This document shows, one piece after another, positions 56,326-64,000 of a stretch of 64,000 nt of DNA. Source of the stretch: a virus. Lineage: Duplodnaviria; Heunggongvirae; Uroviricota; Caudoviricetes. Position 1 is the first letter of the stretch. Every line of letters starts with the position of its first letter. Made by a program: the position numbers and the translations under genes. Below the pieces are notes generated by a model that was not told where the DNA came from, did no database searches, and saw only the letters and a program-made list of their open reading frames with translations. The stretch spans positions 285,489-349,488 of IMG/VR virus record IMGVR_UViG_3300028914_000001. One strand, 5' to 3'.

Positions 56326-56586
56326 ATGAAACCATCCGATATTCCTGTTTCCGCATCCGTGGTGCGACTTGCTCCAAGCATGAAGATGATTGGACAGAAG
56401 GTTGCGGAAAGACGCAAAAAGCTGATGATAACCCAGAAGGACCTTGCCGAGATGGCCGGGGTTTCGTCAAGGATGGTAAGCATGGTTGAACGAGGGCTGG
56501 CGAACCCTACTGTAACAGAACTTAGCGACATGATTAAACCTATCGGGTTTGTAATCACGTTGCAGGAACGAGTGATTAACCCGTGA
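56326..56586 (+). CDS. XRE-family HTH regulator
   Basis: IGQKVAERRKKLMITQKDLAEMAGVS...VS.VERG.ANPT. Confidence 0.9.
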   Translation: MKPSDIPVSASVVRLAPSMKMIGQKVAERRKKLMITQKDLAEMAGVSSRMVSMVERGLANPTVTELSDMIKPIGFVITLQERVINP

Positions 56587-56969
56587 GGCAATTATGTGTG
56601 AATTTCTATCGTACCTCTACAATGAACAGTCATGGATACTCTGGATGGCAGCGTTCTGGGTTATCGGAGTGCTGATGGTTGTCATCGACTATTTTCAGAA
56701 TAAAAACAAACCACCCAAGCCAAAGGAAACCCGCTGGCACAAGGAATTGTGGGGTTAGAAACACTTATGGATGAACTGACTGATGAAGAAATCGAGAAGT
56801 ATATCCCGTACAGAAAGGAAATACAGGATATTCTCGAAGAAGACGGCTTGGTTATAACCCGTATAGATGACAACGGGTCTGAAAACCTATGCCAATGTGC
56901 GACGGCTGAGGAAGTTTTTACTGCGGGTTGCCGATATGTAATCGGGCGCATGAAACAGGAGGGATTGTT

Positions 56970-57245
56970 ATGAGACCTGCAAACTGGATTGAATTGGGGC
57001 AGAACGACACCGTGGAATTCGATGTCCACTGCGTGATGAAAAAGTGCTGGGCAAACGAGTTCCTGTCCATGCTGGCAGACATGCAGCGTCTCGGCGAGAT
57101 GGGCTGCAGCAGGATGAGGGGCATGTATTGCGACGGCGATGGCGACTTCCGTCCGAAGTTCCACCACAACCTTGAAGGGTTCACCGAGACCGAGCACAGG
57201 GTAAGCAAGGAAGACCCGGCCATTTGGTTCTGGGATGCTGGGTAA
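56970..57245 (+). CDS. conserved phage hypothetical protein
   Basis: LG..G.SR......DGDGDFRPKF motif. Confidence 0.6.
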   Translation: MRPANWIELGQNDTVEFDVHCVMKKCWANEFLSMLADMQRLGEMGCSRMRGMYCDGDGDFRPKFHHNLEGFTETEHRVSKEDPAIWFWDAG

Positions 57246-57264
57246 TTAAAATAGGAGACTGACA

Positions 57265-57825
57265 ATGGCGACGAAATCAAAAGAAGACTGGGAAGCCCAG
57301 ATGGAAGCTCGACGGAAAGAACGTGAGGAGTATGACTTCAAAGAATGGGGATACCATGAAACTAAACTTGGCGAATTCCTTATAGACAGGTTGGCCCACA
57401 AGGAAAAGCCGAAAGACTTGTTCGATATGTGGAATGACCGTTCCACGGAGCAATTCAATCACCTTGCTTCTTTCGCAAGGCGTGTAGTATGCGGATTGAA
57501 AGCTGACGAAAGTGTGAAGGAAGAACCTGACGGCAAGACGACTTACCAGTATTCATACAAGGATAAAGTTCTGTTGGCCGTGGTAATTTACAACGGGAAT
57601 TACACCCTTCTATTCCCTTGCATGAACGACATCGTTGACGGCGACATAAGACGATATGCGGATAACCCGTTGTTCCCGTTCCTTAACTTCTTCCAGTGGT
57701 TCGACACCACCATATACGGACCACAACAGGGTCTGTATAGCCTATATTTCCGAATGCTCATGGGCTACCTTGTTTACAAGTTCCCTGAAACAAGAACCCG
57801 TTTCCTGCATGCACCAAAGGGGTGA
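57265..57825 (+). CDS. hypothetical protein
   Basis: AGGAG RBS, 186 aa. Confidence 0.6.
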   Translation: MATKSKEDWEAQMEARRKEREEYDFKEWGYHETKLGEFLIDRLAHKEKPKDLFDMWNDRSTEQFNHLASFARRVVCGLKADESVKEEPDGKTTYQYSYKDKVLLAVVIYNGNYTLLFPCMNDIVDGDIRRYADNPLFPFLNFFQWFDTTIYGPQQGLYSLYFRMLMGYLVYKFPETRTRFLHAPKG

Positions 57826-58346
57826 TTATGAACGATAAATACCAGGAATTTCTACAAAAGCGCCATCCTGAACTCATAGCGGAGGCGGAATCTTTCATCA
57901 ATGCCGATACGGAGGAGCCTAAGTCAAAGCCGAAGAAACGTACGAAAATGGACCGTAGCAGCTGGGAGTACATCTGCCGTTTGATGCCGAAGTTGAAGAA
58001 CTTGGCACATGTCCGTATACCTGGTGGCGGAATGGGAAGAATGGATGGGTGGTATGTATATACCGTAGCTACCGTCGGATGCCGTAAGGAGAAAGTGGGC
58101 ATCAGTATCTGGGCGCACGATTACAAGTGTGGCAAGCATTTCACTGAAAGGATTCCTCTTACGGGCAAGGAGCATTTTCTCGAATTTTATACGAGGTTCG
58201 GCAACGCCTCCACATCGTGCTACCAGAGCATGACCAACCTGCCTGGTCATAAATGCATGGATGGGCACGGTAACGTATATCCTACTGACATACCTCACAA
58301 GAGAAAAGAAATCTACCGATATCTTGGAATAGAGACAAAGGAGTAA
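57822..58346 (+). CDS. hypothetical protein
   Basis: 174 aa coupled ORF. Confidence 0.6.
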   Translation: MIMNDKYQEFLQKRHPELIAEAESFINADTEEPKSKPKKRTKMDRSSWEYICRLMPKLKNLAHVRIPGGGMGRMDGWYVYTVATVGCRKEKVGISIWAHDYKCGKHFTERIPLTGKEHFLEFYTRFGNASTSCYQSMTNLPGHKCMDGHGNVYPTDIPHKRKEIYRYLGIETKE

Positions 58347-58348
58347 AT

Positions 58349-58666
58349 ATGGGTGTAGATTACAAATGGGGCGGAAGCGCTGGCGGAATGCGTTTTGGAC
58401 AGGAAATCGACCAGGTCGCCAAGGTATTTGGCGGCAAACGAATCGAGGGAAGCAAGGGACCCAATAGGTACGGGCTTCCAGACGGGACAAACCCGTGCGT
58501 CGTGAAATTCTTCGACCACCTGTACGGACCGCTGAGCGTTGAAGAGACAAAGGAAGTATGGAAGGAGTTCCAGACGCATCCCGAAATCGAGCAGATAATG
58601 CCCGAGATGTGGAACGAGTTCAAGTGCGACGCAATGTACGACGAAGAGTTCGAGTTGAGTTACTAG
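58349..58666 (+). CDS. hypothetical protein
   Basis: AAGGAG RBS, 105 aa. Confidence 0.6.
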   Translation: MGVDYKWGGSAGGMRFGQEIDQVAKVFGGKRIEGSKGPNRYGLPDGTNPCVVKFFDHLYGPLSVEETKEVWKEFQTHPEIEQIMPEMWNEFKCDAMYDEEFELSY

Positions 58667-58693
58667 ACAGAGAAGATTTAACAAAAGGCAATT

Positions 58694-59437
58694 ATGAGCA
58701 ATTTCAACCATCCGTATATATACGAAGGCGGCGAATACAATCATCTGACTAGCCAGAACGAATGCCGTGTTGTGACCGCTACAAGGAAGCTTGGAGCCCG
58801 TTTCTACAACCCTATGCGTTACGACATGCTGAAACAGTGGCTTCCACACAATTACGAATGCCCTGACAAGGAGTGCATGATTCATGTCATCGCCTGCCCG
58901 TGCATCATGTGGAATGACCTCGGTGAAGACAAGATGAACGAAAAGTTCAAGTTCTGTGCCTGTATCGAACCTGAAATCGACATGACCAAGTTCAGCCCGT
59001 TGTGGCATCGTGTCGGCAGGAAAACATTGTTGTTCATATTTGGTTCCCCGATGTATGAAATCGCCCAATGCTCTGCACCTAACGGAAAGTGTTTCTACTC
59101 GATGATATTCCAGGTGGACGAGGAGGCATACGAGCATCTCGAAACCCGTGCAGGCTCGTTCGCAAACCTCCCGATAGGCTCGTCCATCAATGCCTTCATG
59201 GCTGCTGTCAGGCGGAACCCGTTAAGGCCCCATCCGTTCAAGAATGCAGTCCCGCCCGTTGAAGTCAAGACGCTAGCGGAGTTCATCGAAGCGAAGTACC
59301 CGGATATCATGAAGGAATACAAGGAAGAGCTGAAACGGATAACCAAGCTTTCATACGAGAGCCTTCCAGGGGAAATCACCAGTTTCAAACAAGGAAATGA
59401 AAATGCAAGTAACATCGACGATACAGTTCAAGTTTGA
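58694..59437 (+). CDS. hypothetical Cys-rich protein
   Basis: 247 aa ORF. Confidence 0.6.
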   Translation: MSNFNHPYIYEGGEYNHLTSQNECRVVTATRKLGARFYNPMRYDMLKQWLPHNYECPDKECMIHVIACPCIMWNDLGEDKMNEKFKFCACIEPEIDMTKFSPLWHRVGRKTLLFIFGSPMYEIAQCSAPNGKCFYSMIFQVDEEAYEHLETRAGSFANLPIGSSINAFMAAVRRNPLRPHPFKNAVPPVEVKTLAEFIEAKYPDIMKEYKEELKRITKLSYESLPGEITSFKQGNENASNIDDTVQV

Positions 59438-59828
59438 CCCAAACAAGGAATACAAATGTCCCAAGGACAAGATTGATGCCTTGGTCGAGTTCATTACAAA
59501 TCATGTGCAGGAATGTCCAGCGCACTGGATTATCATGTCTCCAGAATTAGTGTCCGTGCTGATGACGGCGAACGTGTTGGCTCCGAAGCCCGTTGTTTCC
59601 AATACCAGTGACACGGGTAGGGAATTTATGTTCCATCCAACGAACTCGGCGGTTACACTTAATCTTTACGCATGTCAAGGAGAAATGAACGCAGTGGTGT
59701 TCCCCGACTATTCAGACAGCCTTTACATCCTGAACTGTGGACATCCGAAGGATTTCATCGGCGACATGGACGCTGGGTCAGGCTGGGAAAGCAATGATTC
59801 AATCAAACTCGCAAGGAGAATAATATGA
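59397..59828 (+). CDS. hypothetical protein, possible major-capsid P-domain-derived fragment
   Basis: PAHWIIMSPELVSVL resembles the gp23-family (G/P)ANWIV.SP.VA.IL motif. Confidence 0.45.
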   Translation: MKMQVTSTIQFKFDPNKEYKCPKDKIDALVEFITNHVQECPAHWIIMSPELVSVLMTANVLAPKPVVSNTSDTGREFMFHPTNSAVTLNLYACQGEMNAVVFPDYSDSLYILNCGHPKDFIGDMDAGSGWESNDSIKLARRII

Positions 59829-60172
59829 TTGAAGAAGCCAAGGATATTTTTCGTGACGAAACCTGCTTCTATGTAATTGCCGCAATCAAGAATGGCGATG
59901 GCGGGTTCATTAAGTTCTGGAAGTCCAAGGCGTCTGGTGGAGAATGGGTTGACGATATTGCCAAGTCCAAGCACTATACGACGCTCGGTGTCGCTGCAAG
60001 GGAACTCCGTAATGAAAACGGCTATCTCAGATACTGGGGAAAAGTTCCGATGATACAGACGCACGGAGATTCCGTCCGTTTCTCCGTATGCCATGCAAGG
60101 GCTAATGTAGTGGTCGTGAAGGAAGAAAAGTTTAACGTAGACCGTGCAAATGCACAGGAAAGGGGAACATAA
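59825..60172 (+). CDS. hypothetical protein
   Basis: AAGGAG RBS. Confidence 0.55.
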   Translation: MIEEAKDIFRDETCFYVIAAIKNGDGGFIKFWKSKASGGEWVDDIAKSKHYTTLGVAARELRNENGYLRYWGKVPMIQTHGDSVRFSVCHARANVVVVKEEKFNVDRANAQERGT

Positions 60173-60173
60173 T

Positions 60174-60500
60174 ATGATTGAAAACAAGGAAGAATACAGG
60201 TGTAAACGGTCAGAACTTTCATCCAAGAAGGACGAGCTTAGTGAAAGTATCGATATGGTCGATGCCGTCAGGGAAATGCTGAAAACGTACAATGTTCGGC
60301 GGTTGTCCGCATTGAAGGCGAAGCTTGAACAGGACTATGATGCGGTCGCAGATGAGTACTACAAGTTCATCAAGGAAGAAAATGAAGTCTTTGACGAAAT
60401 CTGCAAGAAGTTCAGCGCCAACCAGATTGAATGCTGGTTTGTACAGGGGCGTGACGTTGTTGACCTTGTAAATTCATACCTGTCCGGCGAACTGAAATGA
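60174..60500 (+). CDS. hypothetical helical protein
   Basis: ORF in operon. Confidence 0.55.
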   Translation: MIENKEEYRCKRSELSSKKDELSESIDMVDAVREMLKTYNVRRLSALKAKLEQDYDAVADEYYKFIKEENEVFDEICKKFSANQIECWFVQGRDVVDLVNSYLSGELK

Positions 60501-60635
60501 GAGAAGCCATGTCGGAAGAACTGGAAGAGGAACGCTACCGTGAGCAGCGGATGCGTGAAGAAGCCGAGGCGGAGGAACAGTTCTGGCGTGAAGCCATGCT
60601 GAACTACGACTATGAGCGTGGTGACTGGAAATACT

Positions 60636-60668
60636 AAAAAGCTCTCCGATTTGGAGAGCCTTTCCTTT
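60636..60668. terminator. bidirectional terminator
   Basis: AAAAA-GCTCTCC-gattt-GGAGAGC-CTTTCCTTT between convergent genes. Confidence 0.7.
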
Positions 60669-61464
60669 ATTCATCGTAGTCGTCGAAGAACAGTCCGTAC
60701 TCCCTCATCCATGCACGGGCCCCGATTTGGTCGGCCCGTTTTTTCATTTCCTTCACGTTGAAGTTGTACACGTCCCACCAAGGGATTTCAACAAGGAGGA
60801 ACGGCGATTTTGCACCCATAGCTTCTACGCAGAGCTTGTAGAAGGCGTTGTCGGTCCCGTTGGTAGCGGACGATATGATTATCTTGTTGAATACCCCGCA
60901 GGTAATTGTCGGGAAGAATGCCTTGACTATGTGTTCCTGTTGTTCCTTGGTTGCGAACGCAAAGTCGTCTAGGAACATGTAGTTGACACGGGGTGTTATC
61001 AAGTAGGTTTTACTGGAATCTTCTACGTTATCGAGTGTACCGTATGACTTTGCTACGATAACGGAGTCTGTTGTAGTGTTTCTAATCTCGCCCTTATTGA
61101 ACTTGATTGACAACCCGTCATTGTACCATTCCGCAGGAAGGTTTTTTAGAGAGAAGGCGATTTTACCCACTATTTCGCATGCCCTTGCCAGCTTGGTTGA
61201 AACGACCGTTATCGTAACACCTTCCTCGAACAGCAGCTTGTGCATGATGAACAGCGTCGCTTCAAGCGTGGAGCCAGACTGTCTCGGCTGTTTCAGAATC
61301 AGGTTTCTCTTGTTGCCGCAGATTGGCGGAAGCTGCATAAGGGTCAGAACCTTCCGTTGGTAACCCCTCGTGGACATGCGTTCTGTCCCGTTGCAGTTCT
61401 GTACATAGGTGAATTTCGCAAGGTCGAAAATGTTGTCCTTGCAGTTAAGGAATGATTTACTCAT
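60667..61464 (-). CDS. terminase large subunit ATPase-domain paralog, nuclease-less, with degenerate Walker A/B
   Basis: RGYQ, PRQSGST (K to S), FLDDFAF (E to D), IISSATNG..NAFY, WWDV, REYGLFF then stop. Confidence 0.8.
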   Translation of the reverse strand: MSKSFLNCKDNIFDLAKFTYVQNCNGTERMSTRGYQRKVLTLMQLPPICGNKRNLILKQPRQSGSTLEATLFIMHKLLFEEGVTITVVSTKLARACEIVGKIAFSLKNLPAEWYNDGLSIKFNKGEIRNTTTDSVIVAKSYGTLDNVEDSSKTYLITPRVNYMFLDDFAFATKEQQEHIVKAFFPTITCGVFNKIIISSATNGTDNAFYKLCVEAMGAKSPFLLVEIPWWDVYNFNVKEMKKRADQIGARAWMREYGLFFDDYDE

Positions 61465-61543
61465 ATTGTACCCCGTATGTTAACCAGCAGACGGAATTGC
61501 CGACTGGCCGAAGCATAATTAAAGTATATTTTCACGATTTCCC

Positions 61544-61572
61544 TTGACAGGAACGGGTTTTTGAGCTATATT
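61544..61572 (+). promoter_or_regulatory. sigma70-type early promoter
   Basis: TTGACA-17 nt-TATATT. Confidence 0.85.
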
Positions 61573-61589
61573 GTCGAACGAGGTATATT

Positions 61590-62009
61590 ATGAGAATGCC
61601 TAGATTTTATTACATAATGAAGCACAAGTTGCATGCGTTCGTCGCCCGCAACTTCACTGGATGTGCATACTGCAACGAAAAGAAATTGTGGAAGATGTTC
61701 GGCGAAAAGTGCGTCCCGCTGGACAACTTCAATACTCTGATGGATAGCGTCCCGGTCGGAGACGGCAAGACAAAGTACGCCTGCTACTTCTACCCCAAGC
61801 AGCGCTGCATCGATGTCAACCGAGTGGACGAGAACGGGAAGTACATCACTGTCGAATCAATCTTCGTACACAACTGCCCCGAATGCGGAAGGCCATTGCC
61901 GTATATGCTCGGTAACAAGAAAAAGAAGGAAAAGGTGGTCATCGCTTCGACGCCCAAGGGCCCTAACGTGTTCTACAACATGTGGAAAAAGGCGGTTGGA
62001 ACAAGATGA
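61590..62009 (+). CDS. Zn-ribbon protein ending in a terminase coupling-motif-like peptide
   Basis: CAYC, CPECGR, C-terminal KVVIASTPKGPNVFYNMWKKA. Confidence 0.65.
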   Translation: MRMPRFYYIMKHKLHAFVARNFTGCAYCNEKKLWKMFGEKCVPLDNFNTLMDSVPVGDGKTKYACYFYPKQRCIDVNRVDENGKYITVESIFVHNCPECGRPLPYMLGNKKKKEKVVIASTPKGPNVFYNMWKKAVGTR

Positions 62010-62477
62010 AGACCAAGATTATCTATAAGGGTTCCGTCTGGCGGAGCTATTACTGCGAAGTCAACCTGAAGCAGTTGAGCAAGGAACTTGCTGACAGGCT
62101 GATGGACTCTTCCGATATTTCCACTTGCCTGAACACCCATATCATCAACAAGGAGTTGACTCCTGACGATGTGGTAAAACTTATCGACTTCCTCAAAGAG
62201 AAGGAAGTTTGGAACAATGTGGCCCGTCTGGTCGTAAATGAAGATAGTTGATTATGAAAATCATGTTGCTGTGGCTTAAAGTCGTATTATTCTGTGTAAT
62301 CCTACTGCTGCCGACGATTATCGGAGGGGTTACTGAAACTACTAGGATTCTTAGCAAGCAGATGTCTATGCTGATATTCCTTCCGATACAGTTTTTATGG
62401 GTTCCCGTGCCTTTCCTGATGTTCAGGAAATCTTCTAAGGATATTGACGAGTTGCTGAAAAGGTTTGAGGACTAAAA

Positions 62478-63011
62478 ATGAAAGAAGAACTTACATACGA
62501 AGATGTCATGCGCTATATTGAACAGCTTGTCGTTGGAGCTGACAAACGGACGATGAACAAGCTCATCGACGAAGCCCAGTCGGGACTTGGACGCATATAC
62601 GAAAACGAGTCAAAAGCAATCGAGGAGAAGAAGGAAAAGAAGTTCCTGCTCATCATCGACAGTTTCGCCCCGCTTGCCGAATGTCTCGAATCCGGCGCCG
62701 AAGTCGACGAATATTCAAGCAACATCGCCGTCCGTGAAGTCGCACGGGAATACTTCTACGGCAATGACGACCTGACCCCTCCCTTCACGGATAGAACTTT
62801 CGGGAAAGGCAAGCCAGTAGACCATGACTGCATGGTATATGCGGTAGACATTCTCCGTAAGGCCACTAAGCACCCTCGCCTATGTGCGTATTGGCAAACC
62901 AGCGTGTGCTACTCCGACGAAGGCGTCAAGCACCTTAAATCCCTCTTCGAGTACATGTACACCGTCATGGACAACGCATGCACATGTTACAGGAGAAAAA
63001 CAGCGAAATGA
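62478..63011 (+). CDS. hypothetical protein
   Basis: GAGGA RBS, 177 aa. Confidence 0.6.
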   Translation: MKEELTYEDVMRYIEQLVVGADKRTMNKLIDEAQSGLGRIYENESKAIEEKKEKKFLLIIDSFAPLAECLESGAEVDEYSSNIAVREVAREYFYGNDDLTPPFTDRTFGKGKPVDHDCMVYAVDILRKATKHPRLCAYWQTSVCYSDEGVKHLKSLFEYMYTVMDNACTCYRRKTAK

Positions 63012-63039
63012 GCATTGAAAATTTTAATGGAGGTATGTT

Positions 63040-63489
63040 ATGACCGAACTGGAAGGATGGCTGTCTCTTGTACATCCAGAGATACTTGTGGAATTTGACG
63101 AGGCAGTGCGTAATGACAAGCACTTTACCAAATTGCCCCCAAGCCCCCTGTATTTCGCAATGAAGAAATCTATCGACGAGCTTATCGGAGAATCTGGAAT
63201 CGAATTTGAGCAGCGTCCCCTTGGCCCGGAAATTAACCATTGCGTCGGATATTACTACAATGACGAGCTCGTCTTCAAGTATTGCATGCTGTGTATCAAC
63301 GGAGGTCATAACCCAAGGATGACTTACTGGGATGACTTCACGAAGCATACGAACACGGAAAAGGAAGGCATATGCTACAACAGGGGTGCTTGCCATGAAA
63401 CGACGGACACCCACAAGTTCATCGGTGCCATCAAGCTCATAATCAAGCAGATACAACAGAAAGGCAAGACAGTCGATGAAAAAGTTTAA
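63040..63489 (+). CDS. hypothetical protein
   Basis: GGAGGT RBS, 149 aa. Confidence 0.6.
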   Translation: MTELEGWLSLVHPEILVEFDEAVRNDKHFTKLPPSPLYFAMKKSIDELIGESGIEFEQRPLGPEINHCVGYYYNDELVFKYCMLCINGGHNPRMTYWDDFTKHTNTEKEGICYNRGACHETTDTHKFIGAIKLIIKQIQQKGKTVDEKV

Positions 63490-63620
63490 TCCGTATCACT
63501 ACGCATTGGCACTCATCTTGCCTGCAAGGCATAAGATGGCCGCCCCATCGTGCCGTATAGTTCCTATGCAGTACTCAATGAATCCGGGCAAACAGTATCA
63601 CCGGGTAGGATGAGGATATC

Positions 63621-64000
63621 ATGCACTTCAAGCAAGAGTTCAAGTTCAGGCTTGGCGACAGGGTTATCTACAAGGACCCGACATCTGGTGAAACCGAAGA
63701 AGTCACCATCCGTCAGCGAACCCTCAGGATAGACAAGGACGGTCAGAAGGTGTCCTATGTGTGCAGGGAAGGAAACCACAAGCATGTCTCCTACTGGGAT
63801 GAAATGGCCGAGGAGAACCTTTCCTTTGCGGGTGAAAAACACGGAACCGACGTGGTCGATGGTGACATCCTTGACGGACTCGGTGAACACCTCGAAATAG
63901 GCGACACCGTGTTCTATGACGTGTATTACTGTGCCAATGGCATCCGTGTCGAAGACCGTGTTCCGAACGTCGATTTTACCTTTGCAAAAGAGCTTGAAAT
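63621..64000 (+). CDS. hypothetical protein (runs off the window)
   Basis: GAGGA RBS, MHFKQEFKFRLGDRVIY... open to the end. Confidence 0.55.
   Translation, partial: MHFKQEFKFRLGDRVIYKDPTSGETEEVTIRQRTLRIDKDGQKVSYVCREGNHKHVSYWDEMAEENLSFAGEKHGTDVVDGDILDGLGEHLEIGDTVFYDVYYCANGIRVEDRVPNVDFTFAKELE

Noticed and set aside
59170-59260. Tail-tube/gp54-like N-terminal motif (SINAFMAAV...RPHPF) inside ORF 58694
   Set aside because: Too short and weak to add to the decoy set without a profile search.
1-64000. Genome-wide stop-codon reassignment (TAG to Gln)
   Set aside because: Long genes are intact in code 11 and many genes end at TAG directly before the next start (e.g. 44955, 55192); only the 2750-2803 leader shows in-frame TAGs.

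Overview
The window is a gene-dense segment of a large T4-superfamily (myovirus, probably jumbo) phage genome in the standard genetic code. The host is probably anaerobic, inferred from nrdD/nrdG. It carries virion genes (gp13-like neck, gp19-like tube, a very large gp18-like sheath) and replication/nucleotide genes (clamp loader, RuvC-like resolvase, nrdD/nrdG, thyA/folA, an m6A MTase). It also has a sigma-like factor, glycosyltransferases, one tRNA-Arg(CCG) and about 25 kb of small early accessory genes. Two promoter classes are visible: sigma70-type TTG(A/C)CA-N17-TATATT and a putative late motif TATAAACT. Highlights: (1) a complete deamidating NAD+ salvage route (PncA, PncB, NadM-Nudix, NadE) clustered with macrodomain, NADAR and SLOG genes, a candidate new anti-defence NAD-reconstitution pathway; (2) truncated or catalytically dead look-alikes of terminase, prohead protease and major capsid protein among the early genes, possibly immune decoys; (3) late-promoter genes sharing an N-terminal helix that may mark head-packaged cargo; (4) a candidate +1 frameshift at a CGG codon read by the phage tRNA; (5) a RiPP-precursor-like peptide missing from the ORF track. 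All protein calls come from motif recognition by eye; no searches were run.
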